The notes: generated by a model not told the origin, from the sequence alone. A stretch of DNA of 64,000 bases from Octopus vulgaris (GCA_951406725.2 OX597815.1:25854001-25918000); one strand, 5' to 3'; shown: positions 15,991 through 29,458, counted from the first letter of the stretch. Made by a program: numbers and translations.

Positions 15991-16589
15991 AACGAGGCCT
16001 TTGTTGTAAGCTGCGTTTGAAATTGTACTTTAACTGTAGCTTCGTAAATACTTTTTCTTTAAATTGTTAATTAACGTCATAAAAAATACATTTCCTTTAT
16101 TTGGCCTAACTATAAAGAAACATTCGTTCGTTTCAAATATTTTTAATGATTACCTTTCATTGGGCCGAAAGGGATGAAAGAAAATCTGTTTTAGAATATT
16201 TCATCTTTTTTATCTTCTTTTTTTTTTTTTCCTATTCTGCATTTTCTTTTTTGTCTAACAGACATGTGATGCTATTTTCGAAGTCGCTTTCCGATCGAAG
16301 TTCGGCTCTTTGTGTATCCTTGCCAAAAGTGACGACTGTTTTTACTGCAGTAACACCCGAACGACATCCGGGAGACATGCTGTCTCTGATAATTTATGGG
16401 GCTGCAAACTAACAGTCGGAAGAGAGCTACTCTTCTCATCTGATTCGGACATACTGCAGTGAGCAAGTGGGAACCTAGAAGACGCCGCTCGTGGTAGCCA
16501 TAGGGGTCTGATTGATTTAAGGGTTAATATTCTAGCGCAAACCTCACTACAAAATATCGGCTGTAAACATTTTTCTCGGACTGATCAGC

Positions 16590-16624
<35 letters not shown>

Positions 16625-16632
16625 ATATGTAA

Positions 16633-16634
<2 letters not shown>

Positions 16635-16701
<67 letters not shown>

Positions 16702-16741
16702 CTCTCCCCCCCTCTCTCTCTATCTCCTCCCTCTCTCTCTA

Positions 16742-16790
<49 letters not shown>

Positions 16791-16835
16791 CTCTATCTCC
16801 CCCCCCTCTCTCTCTATCTCCCCCCTCTCTCTCTA

Positions 16836-16912
<77 letters not shown>
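16635..16912. repeat. Compound (TCTA)n/(TC)n microsatellite
   Basis: Read directly from the sequence. Confidence 0.95.
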
Positions 16913-16913
<1 letters not shown>

Positions 16914-17462
16914 CACATACATATGTGTGTGTGTACATGTGTTTGTAAGATAGCGAGTGTATATGTGTGAATGGACATGAATGTGAAAGTTTCTGACTAA
17001 TAAATTTCTACGCTATGCAGAGAGCATTGTACAAAAGACGTTTCTGGCTTGCCATGTCTACGATTCAGTTTCAATTTTCGGCGGAATCCATTTAACTTTC
17101 TAATACCTCTGATTTAGGAAAATCGTTAAGGTTTACAGGCTTATATATATTTCTTTACGAATGGGAAATTTGGGAGAGTGGTGTGTGTCATAAATCACCT
17201 TTTTATGTTTTATCGTCTAAAGAAAAAAGAACGGTTACTAAATTAAAAATAAGTAAGAATAAAATGTACATAAAACATTTGACGGAAAACTAGTGACAGA
17301 GAATAGTTTAAAAGCCTGCGGAAACTCATACATAGAAGAGAAATAATGAATGGTTATGAGTTGATGCGTATAAATGTTACTTTACCATAAGAAACTTAGC
17401 TTGACATGTTAATTCTACTTCTTTGACTCTTGTTTTTTTTTAAATATAATGTATTAATAAAG

Positions 17463-18010
17463 AGGTGACGAGCTGGCAGAATTGTTAGCATGCCGGGTAA
17501 ATGCTTAGCAGCATTTCGTCAGTCTTTTACCTTTTGAGTTCAAATTCCACCGAGGCTGACTTTGTTTTCATCTTTTCGGGGGTCGGTAAAATAAGTACCA
17601 GTTGAATAATGGGCTCAACGTAATCGACTTATTCCTCCCTTAAAAACTTCTGGCCCTGTGTCGACATTTGAAACCGTTACCCGGTTCCGAGCTAGCAGAA
17701 TTGTTACAGCATCAGTCAAAACTGTTGGCCCTGTGTCGACATTTGAAACCGTTACCAGGTTCCGAGCTAGCAGAATCGTTACCACACCAGACAAAATGCT
17801 TTACGGGATTTCTTCTGGCTTTACGTTCCATGTTCAAATTCCACCGAGATCGATTTTACTTTTCATCCTTTCGGTGTCGATAAAATAAGTACCAGTTAAG
17901 CACTGATGGCGATGTAATCACTCCTTCCCCCAGTGCTTAATTGGTACGTATAATCCGCTCCACCCATCAAAACAAATTCCAGGCCTTATGCATATTGTAG
18001 AAAAGAATAA
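17463..18010 (+). mobile_element. Two diverged SINE A copies with a ~75-bp local duplication at their junction
   Basis: SINE A head and core motifs. tggccctgtgtcgacatttgaaaccgttacc occurs at 17651 and 17726. Confidence 0.75.
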
Positions 18011-18939
18011 TTTTGTGGTAAGCCTCAATGAAAAAACACACCCAAACATACATTTGGCAAAAGTTTCCAAAGAAAACTTTACAAAAACTCTGACAAGAAT
18101 TTGATGTAGCTTCTCGAAAATCTATCCCTTAGGTTAATCATTTTATCCAGAATGATATATTAAAAAAAACTTAATACAGAAACTTCTGTTCTATATATTC
18201 ATAGCAAAATTATTCTGAAGTGTTCTTGATATACTAATTGAGCATTTTATGATCAAAAACATTCCGTCCGTGACTCATCTCACTTTTCGACTATCACTGA
18301 CTACATTTTCATTTGTCTCCTGTTTTTGCGAGCATGGTCGGATGGAATTGCAGAGTGGAGATGGTTGCTATTTTTAATACATCGGAAGACCATGCATAGG
18401 TTACCGTCGCCAACTCATTAAAATTTGAAATCAATTATCAGGATTTAAAATGTCTTACACATTCTGCAAGAGATTGTACCCTGATCAGTAACCTATTCAA
18501 TCATTTTTTTTAAGGCTGGAAACTAAATCCTTGGATTCGTGTTACTACCCAGTTTTAATTCAGTTCTCTTACACCACAAAATAACCATTAATCTTAAATA
18601 TTATGATAAGACCACACCCCAACTATATAAATGCCATTTTTGAATATTTCATTTAGGATTAGATTCTTAAAAGAAGAGAGAGAAAAAACAAACTAGTATT
18701 AATAATTGCAAGGTACCACGGCTTATGGATACATTTAAATTAGTTGCTATACCATGAATTCTTCACTGATAAAAGAGAATAGACATAGCATATACTCGAA
18801 GAAGATTTACTAGAAAAGAAAATTTCATTAAATATCAGATACATAAAGCATTTTCATCATTTCTTACTAACTTATCTGACCAAAGAAAATTGATCAATAC
18901 AGAATATTGGTTTCAAATTTTGGCATCGATCCCAGTGTT

Positions 18940-19320
18940 CAACTGAAATGGACCCGAGAGGAGATTGACCCAAAAGACGATGACAGTGCATGGTGCCTTC
19001 CACCCTATGGCAAACGTGCATAGACTGTACACGAAGAAGGGTAAAGGCGAACGTGGCTTGGTAAGCGTACGAGAGTGCATCGACGGTTAAAGAAGAAATT
19101 TGACAAAGTATTTTTCTAAACAGGTGCAGGACCTGCCTCAGAATGCTGCTAAAGTAGAAGGATTTACCAGCAATGGACTTGTGAGTGTTAATGTTTCCGA
19201 TCACGAATAGCCAATGATAGAGAAGAAACACTACTTTGCGTGCAATCGCATGGTCAGTTCCATCACGAAACTAACACCTTAAAAGGCCAAGGAACATCAT
19301 AGATGTGGCTCAGTAAAGGT
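18940..19320 (+). pseudogene. Degenerate R4/Dong-like ORF fragment (RT thumb region)
   Basis: Translates to HGAFHPMANVHRLYTKKGKGERGLVSV...HGQFHHET...WLSKG, matching the RLYxxRxxGGRGL and HGQF motifs of R4-clade elements. Stops and frameshifts are present. Confidence 0.65.
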
Positions 19321-19322
19321 GT

Positions 19323-19393
19323 ACATGTGATGGTATTTTAATAATACCATCTCTTATAAGAAGAGATGATATTATTAAAATACCATCACATGT
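19323..19393. repeat. Near-perfect 71-bp palindrome
   Basis: acatgtgatggtattttaataataccatctctt-ataag-aagagatgatattattaaaataccatcacatgt: 33-bp arms with one mismatch. Confidence 0.9.
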
Positions 19394-20094
19394 GGCAAGC
19401 GAGTTATCATCCGTACAGGCAAATTAATATATGTATATATGTATATATAAGCATAGATAAGCGCGCACATATTTATATACATTCATAAATGCATACATAC
19501 ATTGCGTACGTTGTCACAAACACCAGTACTTAAGTGGTATTTTACGGTGTTATACACTCACACAAACATGTGAGTGTTATACACTCATACATGCATTCAT
19601 GTATACATAGCCATGATGATTAAGACCACGCAGAAGAGAATTGCCCTCGTGTGAGCAGAGTGCAATCTCTATGCAAAACATAGTATTACAACAGAAGGGG
19701 CACCAAATTTTGAGTTCCAGCATTGCCTCTATGATATTACAATATATTTCATATTTTGACACTACTTTCAAATTTCTAATATATTTTCTTTAAAATATAT
19801 GATTTTAAATATATTTCAAATTATATATTTAATTATATCGGGGATATTTAATTTATTAAAATATAATGACTTACAACGTTGAAATATTTTCGTTTAATAA
19901 ATTAAATATGTTTTATATATATATTAAGATAGTTAGATAGATATATATATATATATAGATAGATAGATAGATAGATAGATAGATTACGAGACAGATAGTT
20001 AGATAGATAGATGTACACATACACACATACGTATACGTACATAATGATATATATATATATAATTTCAGCAAAACAAAAGACAAAAACAAAAATG

Positions 20095-20185
<91 letters not shown>

Positions 20186-20315
20186 TTATTACAGATATAA
20201 GGTAAAGAATTATTAATTTAATAAATTAATAAATTTTACCAAGTAGTTTCGGTATGGAAAAGAACCATATTCGGTAAAAACTTATACAAAAAGTTTTTTT
20301 TTTTAAATATATAAT

Positions 20316-20727
<412 letters not shown>

Positions 20728-20865
20728 ATCTATCTATCTATATCTATATCTATATATATATAATATAAATAAGTTATATATATATATGTCGCTGATCGTA
20801 TTGGTGTAACGGGTATCTATCTATCTATAAATTTATTTGACATGAACCTTCGTCTAATCAAGTGC

Positions 20866-20964
<99 letters not shown>

Positions 20965-21290
20965 GTATAAATATATACACATACATAGTTCACTTACACG
21001 TTTACACACAGATGTTTGTGTGTATATCTATTTATCCATCTATATATGTATATAGATATGCATGTGCGCGTGTGTGTGTATCAATGTGTGGTCTTGAAAT
21101 TCGTATGTATACGTGATATCTACGCTTGTATGTCTATAATTGCGCTATACTTAAGTTTTTACACTGCTGCCAGCATTTATTTAGAAAAAGGACGTTATGA
21201 ATAGGCCCAGGTGTACTGTCCCTGTGAGAAAGCTGGCATGGCCCGATCTGCTCAATCAGGGTTGACCTTGGGTTGACTAACAAGAGCTAC

Positions 21291-21510
<220 letters not shown>

Positions 21511-21570
21511 ACAAAAACAGCAACAACAGCAACAAATGTTACATGGATGAGTATACAATGAGAATAGAGA

Positions 21571-22193
21571 CAGCGACGAGCTGGCAGAAACGTTAGCACG
21601 CCGGGCGAAATGCGTAGCCGTATTTCGTCTGCCGTTACGTTCTGAGTTCAAATTCCACCGCGGTCGACTTTGCCTTTCATCCTTTCGGGGTTGATTAAAT
21701 AAGTACCAGTTGTGCACTGAAGTCGATGTAATCGACTTAATCCGTTTGTCTGTCCTTGTTTGTCCCCTCTGTGTTTAGCTCCTTGTGGGTAGTAAAGAAA
21801 TAGGTATTTCGTCTGTCTTTATGCTCTGAGTTCAAATTCCGCCGAAGTCGACTTTGCCTTTCATCCTTTCGAGGTCGATTAAATAAGTACCACTTACGCA
21901 CTGGGGTCAATGTAATCGACTTAATCCGTTTGTCTGTCCTTGTTTGTCCCCTCTATGTTTAGCCCCTTGTGGTCAATAAAAAATAAGAAACGTTAGCACA
22001 CCGGGCGAATGCTTAGCGGTATTTCGTCTGCCGCTACGTTCTGAGTTCATATTCCGCCGAGGTCGACTTTGCCTTTCATCCTTTCAGGGTTGATAAAATA
22101 AATATCAGTTACGCACTGGGGTCGATGTAAGCGACTTAATCCCTTTGTCTGTCCTTGTTTGTCCCCTCTTTTGTTTAGCACTCTGTGGACAAT
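21571..22193 (+). mobile_element. SINE A trimer
   Basis: Three cores, each followed by the tttgtctgtccttgtttgtcccctct...tgtgg tail. Confidence 0.85.
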
Positions 22194-22380
22194 TGTATAT
22201 TTATATGTATAGACAACTGTATATTTATTTTGGCATGTACTTATTTATGTATACTTGAATGCTTGTATGTATGTATGTACGTATATGTCTCTCCTCTACT
22301 TTAATTATTTAAATTCTTCCTCTGAGGAGGGAGCTGGTTTCTAACAAGGATACAAAGCTCCATTATCGGAATGTAGATAA

Positions 22381-22544
22381 TAGGCGCAGGCGTGGCTATT
22401 TGGTAAGAAGCTCGCTACCCAACTACATGGTTCCACGTTCAGTCCTACGGCGTGGCACCTTGGGTAAGTGTCTTCTACTATAGCCTCAGGCCGACCAAAG
22501 ACTTATGAGTAGATTTGATAGACGGAAACTGAAAAAAATCTGTC

Positions 22545-22618
<74 letters not shown>

Positions 22619-22845
22619 ATTTGTGTGCCTATGTTTGTCCCCCTCCACCACTACCATTACTTGACAACCTATGCTAGTGTGTTTACGTCCCCGTAACTTA
22701 GCGCTTCGGCAAAATAAAACTATAGAATAAATACTAGGCTTACAAAGAATAAGTCCCGGGGACGATTTGTTCGACTAAAGGCGTTGCTCCAACATGGCCG
22801 CAGTCAAGCGACCGAAACAAGTAGAAGAATGGAAGAATAAAAGAA
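22381..22845 (+). mobile_element. SINE B inserted in the R4-like 3' UTR
   Basis: Full B head, internal (TA)n and tail. The host 3' UTR resumes on both sides. Confidence 0.85.
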
Positions 22846-23243
22846 TGAAAACAATGTCACATTTTAAAGTTGAGAAAATTTCTTGCTTAGCTTTATTGTT
22901 CCATTTATAGATTGTACTTGTAATGTGCGAGTTAGTTGGTTGATTTCTTTTCCTGAAAATCCAAGCTTGTCTAGACTGTCAGTTAGGCATTTAGTCACAA
23001 AACCAAGTGCTCCAATCATTATCGGTATAAATGTGGATTTGGTTGCAATTTATGATCAGTTGTCTAGAGCAGTTGTCTAGAGTTATCTTTTTTCTCTTCG
23101 ATTTACAAAGAGATATTCACATCAGAATAGCTGATATCTATGACGGTATATACTTTTTTCTTGTCTGTCCCGAACAACAATATCCGACCTGTTATACTTG
23201 TACTTGATAGATGTTTTGATGGGAATGGTTCAACAGAATTCAT

Positions 23244-23478
23244 ATGGCGGCGAGCTGGCAGAAACGTTAGCACGCCGGGCGAAATGCTTTGTGGTATTTT
23301 GTCTGCCGCTACGTTCTGAGTTCAAATTCCGCCGAGGTCGACTTTGCTTTTCATTCTTTAGGGATCGATTAAATAAGTACCAGTTACGCACTGGGGGTCG
23401 ATATAATCGACTTAAACCGTTTGTCTGTCCTTGTTTGTCCTCTCTGTGTTTAGCCCCTTGTGGGTAGTGAAGATTATA
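23244..23478 (+). mobile_element. SINE A monomer with 17-bp TSD
   Basis: ggttcaacagaattcat at 23227-23243 and 23479-23495. Confidence 0.9.
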
Positions 23479-23826
23479 GGTTCAACAGAATTCATTGCGT
23501 TGATGTCTGTGTGCGTACTCAATAACAGAGGGATTCTCTGTTTATTCCAGGATAGTCTTTTTTTTTTTCGGGATGGCGTTTGTCTTCCACAGAAATATGA
23601 CATAATCAACATCTTCGGTGGCACCAAAGGGCTTCAATGTCTCTTTTGGTTATCAGGTATTTCGCTGTAATCTCCTGTTCTTGAATTGCAAATGCATAGC
23701 CTTCTGAGTGTGATGTGATGTAGCGGTCACGAGTCCAAGGGAGGTTTCGCTTAATACCAATATAACTGTCTTCTTCAACTCTTCGGAAAGCATACCCGTG
23801 CATAGTCCTCTTTGGTATACTGAGTG

Positions 23827-24050
23827 AACTGGCAGAAACGTTAGCACATCGGGTGAAATGCGTAGCCGTATTTCGTCTGCCGTTACGTTCTGAGTTCAAA
23901 TTCCGCTGAGGTCGACTTTGCCTTTCATCCTTTTGGGGTCGATAAATTAAGTACCAGTTACGCACTGGGGTCAATATAATCGACTCAATCCGTCTGTCTG
24001 TCCTTGTTTGTCCCCTCTGTGTGTAGTCCCTTGTGAGTAGTAAAGAAATA
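23827..24050 (+). mobile_element. SINE A monomer with 13-bp TSD
   Basis: ggtatactgagtg at 23814-23826 and 24051-24063. Confidence 0.9.
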
Positions 24051-24421
24051 GGTATACTGAGTGTTTCACATCCAGGTCTTCTTTAAGGCATGTTAGTCCG
24101 GCTGCTTTGGTGTTGTATGGGAGGCCATCAGGAAGAGAGCGATTCCTGAGGTGCTCGCTGTCGACACTTGGGATATTGTTCTCTTCACTTTTCCACACTA
24201 AGTTAATGCATTTATTTTTGCTGCTTTTGTTTAACAAGTGTTGTGTGAGAGAGACTATTCGACATTCGAAAGCTGACTGCACTCATCTCAAGCCTCTACC
24301 TCCATTATCTCTTCTCTTGTAGGTAGAACCTGTCGATATCACTATTCCTGTGGAGATTTCCAGTTGATATCAGTATGTATGTATGCATGCATGTATGTAT
24401 GTGTGTGCATGTACGTATGTA

Positions 24422-24484
<63 letters not shown>

Positions 24485-24536
24485 ATGTATGTATGTATGT
24501 ATGTATGCATGTGTTTGTAGCTACGCATGTATGCAT

Positions 24537-24832
24537 TGTGGAGGCACTTGGCTTAGTGGTTAGAGCAGCGGACTCGCAGTCGAGGGATCGCGGGTTCGAA
24601 TCTGAGATCGGGCGATGTGTGTGTTTATGAGCGAAACACTTAAGCTCCACGCCCTAGTAGTGAACTTCTGCTGACTCTTTCGCCACAACTTTCTCTCACT
24701 CTTTCCTCCTGCATCTTGCAGCTCACCTGCAACGGACGGGCGTCTCGTCTAGGTGGGAAATCTATACGCTAAGGAAACCGGGAAACCGGCCCTTGTGAGC
24801 CAGGTATGACTTGAGAAGGAACAAACAACAAC
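24537..24832 (+). mobile_element. SINE C-related subfamily with a different 3' tail
   Basis: Head tggcttagtggttag...gggttcgaatct and body cgccacaactttctctcactcttt are shared with C. The tail ends in gaaggaacaaacaacaac. Confidence 0.7.
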
Positions 24833-25277
24833 GTATGCATTGCATTGTATGCAGGTTCAAAGATAGACAGAGAAACAATTCACTAAAGTGAGCATCGGTT
24901 CCCAAAATTCATCCCACATAGAAGGAGGAAGAGGAGAGAGAGAGAGAGAGAGAGAGAGGTTGGGGCGCAGACAACCAGACAGATTATATATATATTTTGC
25001 AGCTATACTTGTTTGGCAAGTAACTTGATCTGTTATTATTTGTTGAAACTGAAATGATTACATCGTGCCAGTCATTTTAGCCATTGAAGAATACACAAAC
25101 TCATAGTTATTTCATAGTTTACTGACCATCCAATTGCTAAACAAATCTTGCAATTAACCACAACCCTAACCATTTCAAACCTTGTCATACTTTATACACG
25201 CACACACAGACGCACACGCGTGCACACACACACGTGCACACACACACGCACACACACACACGTACATACACACACGT

Positions 25278-25312
<35 letters not shown>

Positions 25313-25609
25313 GACATACAAACATACGCGCACACATAGACGCACACACACACATCCACATACACACACAGACGCACACGCACGCATGCACGCACACACA
25401 GGCGCACACGCACGCATGCACGCACACACAGACGCACACGCACTCATGCACGCGCACACACACGCACACACACACACTCAAACACACATACGTACAAACA
25501 TACGCAACACTCAGACGCACACGCACGCATGCACGCACACACAGAAGCGCAGACGCACGCATGCACACACAGAGGCGCACACGCACACACATACACACAC
25601 ACTTTAACT

Positions 25610-26230
25610 GCAGGAGGAAGAGGCACCAATTTGCATCCAAACAAACGAAGCAGAAACAAATTCTTCTCCAAGTGAATGGCTTTTCCTCAACCTGGCGAGA
25701 CGTAACTTACTCTGACAATCCTACAGTCCTAGCCCTTCTGCTTCATCGTGTTTCCCTAAACTCTACCATTTCCTCACCAAGCAGAACAGTTCTCGGTCTG
25801 CTGATTACACCCATCCCCATCACTATATCAATCCCTTTAACAAAATGGTCAATCCCGATCACCTTGACCACCAACATTTCATGGAGCGTGCCGTCAATTC
25901 CAGGATGCCAGAACTCTTACAACGAACTCACCTACCATCAACTGCTCTTATGCTGCTCACCTCAGTCCAGCTATCCATCAAGCCTGAAGTCACTAGAGTT
26001 GCTATGCAGCCTGTATCAACTAGGGCTCTCGTCGCCTCATTTGGTTCACGGGGGGCATGACTTTTGTTTCGCCGAATACAGTGGATTACTTTATGACAAA
26101 CCTGATCACATCTGTAACAGATCAATTCCGATTTGGGTTCCCTGTAACCTTTGACCATCACCGTTCACGACATCTGAAGCATTGATAGTCTAACTGCATT
26201 TGGATTCTCTTATACATCAGGGGAATGCTT
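25610..26230 (-). pseudogene. Ty3/gypsy-like LTR retrotransposon gag zinc knuckle + aspartic protease remnant
   Basis: ORF 25928-26161 encodes CYRCDQVCHKVIHC (CX2CX4HX4C) followed by ALVDTGC (protease DTG). The downstream DIVMGMGVI resembles the protease C-terminal ILGxD motif. Confidence 0.7.
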
Positions 26231-26252
26231 TATTGTATTCTGTTACAAAGTT

Positions 26253-26325
<73 letters not shown>

Positions 26326-26339
26326 ATATAGCCGGCCGC

Positions 26340-27030
26340 CAACTCTTTTTACTGCAAAATAGGGGTAGCTTATCCTGTTCAGGCTATATTATTAGCATTA
26401 TCCTGCGGTTGAGAATTTAAAAAATACTTCGTTAACTATCTAAGACATCTCAACGCTTCTAAGGCAAACTTCGTTTGTTTGTTTACGTTCATCGTAATTT
26501 GAATTTAACGTATAATAGCGTCTTATAAAGCGAGAGTTCTATATATCTTAAGTTTGCAGATATATATCAATGAACAAATTTTAAACGTTCTTGTATAGAA
26601 ATTGTTTCATTGTAATGGTAGATAGAAATTGTTTCTTTGTACTGGTAGTAATATCCACCCAAACTCTGAAGTTTGGGAGGATATTACCTGCACATCTCTA
26701 TGTGCTCACTCAAAGGAATTTGTCTGTAATGCGGGAACTGGATCTGTTCCTTATGTAGTGTCTCAGTGTCACACTTGTCTGTCCTATTTAATTAAGTCCA
26801 CAACCTGAGCAAGTTATAACATGAATTAGATTCTCTGAAGCACAAGTGAAGTTAGTTTTAATTGTGAACCTCTCTCCATGTTTGAATAGGAATTCCGTGC
26901 TTTCCAGTAGGTTGGGGCATATTCTACAGTTGGGCGTCCACATTTTTTAACCGTTGGTTTTGTGGTTGTAGTACAAAGCTTCACATTTATTAAAAGTCTT
27001 TTTAGCGATGTGTTGCTTTTTGCATTTGAT
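26340..27030 (-). pseudogene. Penelope-like element 3' part: Zn-finger linker + GIY-YIG endonuclease (Neptune-type)
   Basis: The minus strand reads KKCGRP/NCRICP...ERFTIKTNFTCASENLIHVITCSGCGLN*IGQTSVTLR. Confidence 0.75.
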
Positions 27031-27530
27031 GAATTTATGTGTTTTCAGAACGTTGGTCAAGAATGAAATGAAAAACAATATTTCGGAATTCTGCAGAAAA
27101 CTACGACTCACAGAAGCACTAACTGACTGCGACAACGCGGATGAATCACTGGTTAAAAACAGAAATATTTATCTTCTACCGAAAGGTAAGAATAAAGCAC
27201 TAGATGACCTCTGCAACGATATCCAAAATTTCCCAAATTCTTTCTATAAGCGAAAGAATTAATTCAAATCTCAACAATCTAGAATGGAAAAATCTAATTG
27301 AACTACAAAACGACAAAGAACTGACAATGAAAGAAGCAGATAAAGGAAATGCTGTAGTCTTGATGGACACAGAAGACTACAAAAACTAGTAATATTCATG
27401 CTAGAAAACGATACCTTCTACGAAAAAGTTGTAAACTAACAAAAACAAAAAAAACCCCAGAAAAATCTTGCATCCTTAATACTTCTACATGGAAAAGGCC
27501 TGACAGAAAAAGAACTAGACTATATCACTT
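27030..27530 (+). pseudogene. Penelope-like element ORF N-terminal region upstream of the RT core
   Basis: EFCRKLRL...SNLNNLEWKNLIELQNDKELTMKEADKGNAVVLMDTEDY contains the PLE-typical ADKG motif. Frameshifted. Confidence 0.75.
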
Positions 27531-27932
27531 TGCACAACAACCACGAAACCAACGGTTTATCCCCGAAAGATGAACAATTACCTCCACTGCCCCCAATAAT
27601 AATGACCACCAATTATCTCCGTGAAAGCGAAACCAGTCGACAAACACAATATAAGATATATTAAAATATATATTAAAACTATGTAAAGTATGTGCATTTC
27701 CTTCTTTTATTTTCATATATATATATATATATATACACACACAACACATACACACATATACATATATATATATAGTAAAGGAAAATGGAAAACACAACCA
27801 AGGCAGGACGAGTATCTCAGGTCATTTAGAATATTTGATTAGAGTAAGGTGAAAAAAATGGTGTAGAAGTAATTAATTTCTTACAGCTCGTCATCGGATA
27901 CAAGGAGTAAATACAAGGAAGTTCTAGACAAA

Positions 27933-28079
<147 letters not shown>

Positions 28080-29034
28080 AATATGTACATATACTTTATA
28101 CATATGTATATATGTATACAAGTGTGTGTGTGTGTATATATGTATATATGTATGTATGTATGCACCTGTGAGCGTATCTGTGTTTGTCTCCTCCACCATT
28201 TGACAACCGGTATTGGTTTGTTCATGTCCTTGTATGCTTGCAGTACGGCATGTAATTAGGTCCTATTGACTATACTCTTTCACTACAAATTTACAGTGTC
28301 ACCATCGTGTAAAAAGAACCCCATTGAATTTGTGTGTGTGTATGTGCGTGTGTGTGTGTGGTTGAATATGGTGTGTAGAGTGTTGCATGCGCGTATCTAA
28401 GTGAGTGTGCGTGGCGTACGCGCCTGGGTGCGCTCCCTTTAGGGAGACAATCTTTATTATAAGGCAACCCTAGCTGCAGGAGAGTCTTTGGAACAATCTT
28501 TGCAAGAAGGTCATTACAGATGGTGCTGTTGACGCTGTTCTGTTTTATTTTATTTCATTTTTGTTATTACTTTTTATGCGCCGTGGTTATTGCTGCAGCT
28601 GTTGTTGTTGTTGTTGTTGTTGTTTACAGTTTGATTTCATGCTGTTGGCGTTGGTGTCGTTCGCTGTTCGAAAGAAACGGTGCAAGAACTAAACTACAGC
28701 CGATAATAGCGATGGTGACAGTCGTGATACAGCTTAGTGAGCGATGCAGTAATCTATGCACAGCGCCGTCGCTTTCATAATGAAAAGCGACGGTGGTGTG
28801 CATAGTATAAGCAGAGATGGCGGATCCTACCGGCTGGCTAGCTGTCTGGCAGGTTAGTTGGCTGTTTGGCGGGTTAGCTGGCTGGTCAGCCAACTGACAG
28901 GTGACAGATATTTAAGTCGTATATTTTGACAACTTTCCAATTAGGCAAGCGTCTGGTTGCTGCTCAATGTTTGTTCGGGGTCAAATCGGTTTGTAAATTA
29001 CTAAACCCTCCACAATACCTCTCTTCCCACTAAC

Positions 29035-29091
<57 letters not shown>

Positions 29092-29122
29092 ACGCACACG
29101 CACACGCACACACACGCGCACG

Positions 29123-29182
<60 letters not shown>

Positions 29183-29458
29183 CACACACACTCGCTCTCT
29201 CTCTCTATCTCTCTTTCACTCGCTCTCTGTTTATCGTTCCCTAAAGTTCTAATATTCTCTGTTTTTATTTCCCCCCCTCCCCCCTCTCCTTTCTTAATGT
29301 CTCATTTTCTTTTCTTTTCCTTTGTTTTACTCCTTACCAACATCACATCGTTTTTCTTCTTTCCTTTCTTCCGCATCCCCTTCTTGTTGTTATTCTTATT
29401 GTGTTGCTCCACTTTATATTCCTCCTCCTCAGTCTCCTCCTTTTCTACATTTTTATTA

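Larger units (their letters stand above)
22281..24372 (-). mobile_element. R4-like non-LTR retrotransposon, 5'-truncated, interrupted by three SINEs and flanked by (TACA)n
   Basis: Minus-strand pieces read GGRGL...AFECRIVSLTQHL, MHGYAFR...SEGYAFAIQEQEITAKY, YNRSDIVV...VIDIS and FIPIMIGALG...GTIKLSKKFLNFKM*. The 3' UTR at 22281-22380 matches the plus-strand copy at 37190-37300. Confidence 0.75.

Noticed and set aside
17651-17800. Repeated peptide STFETVTRFRASRIVT in ORF 17658-17888
   Set aside because: Product of a local ~75-bp duplication at a SINE-SINE junction.
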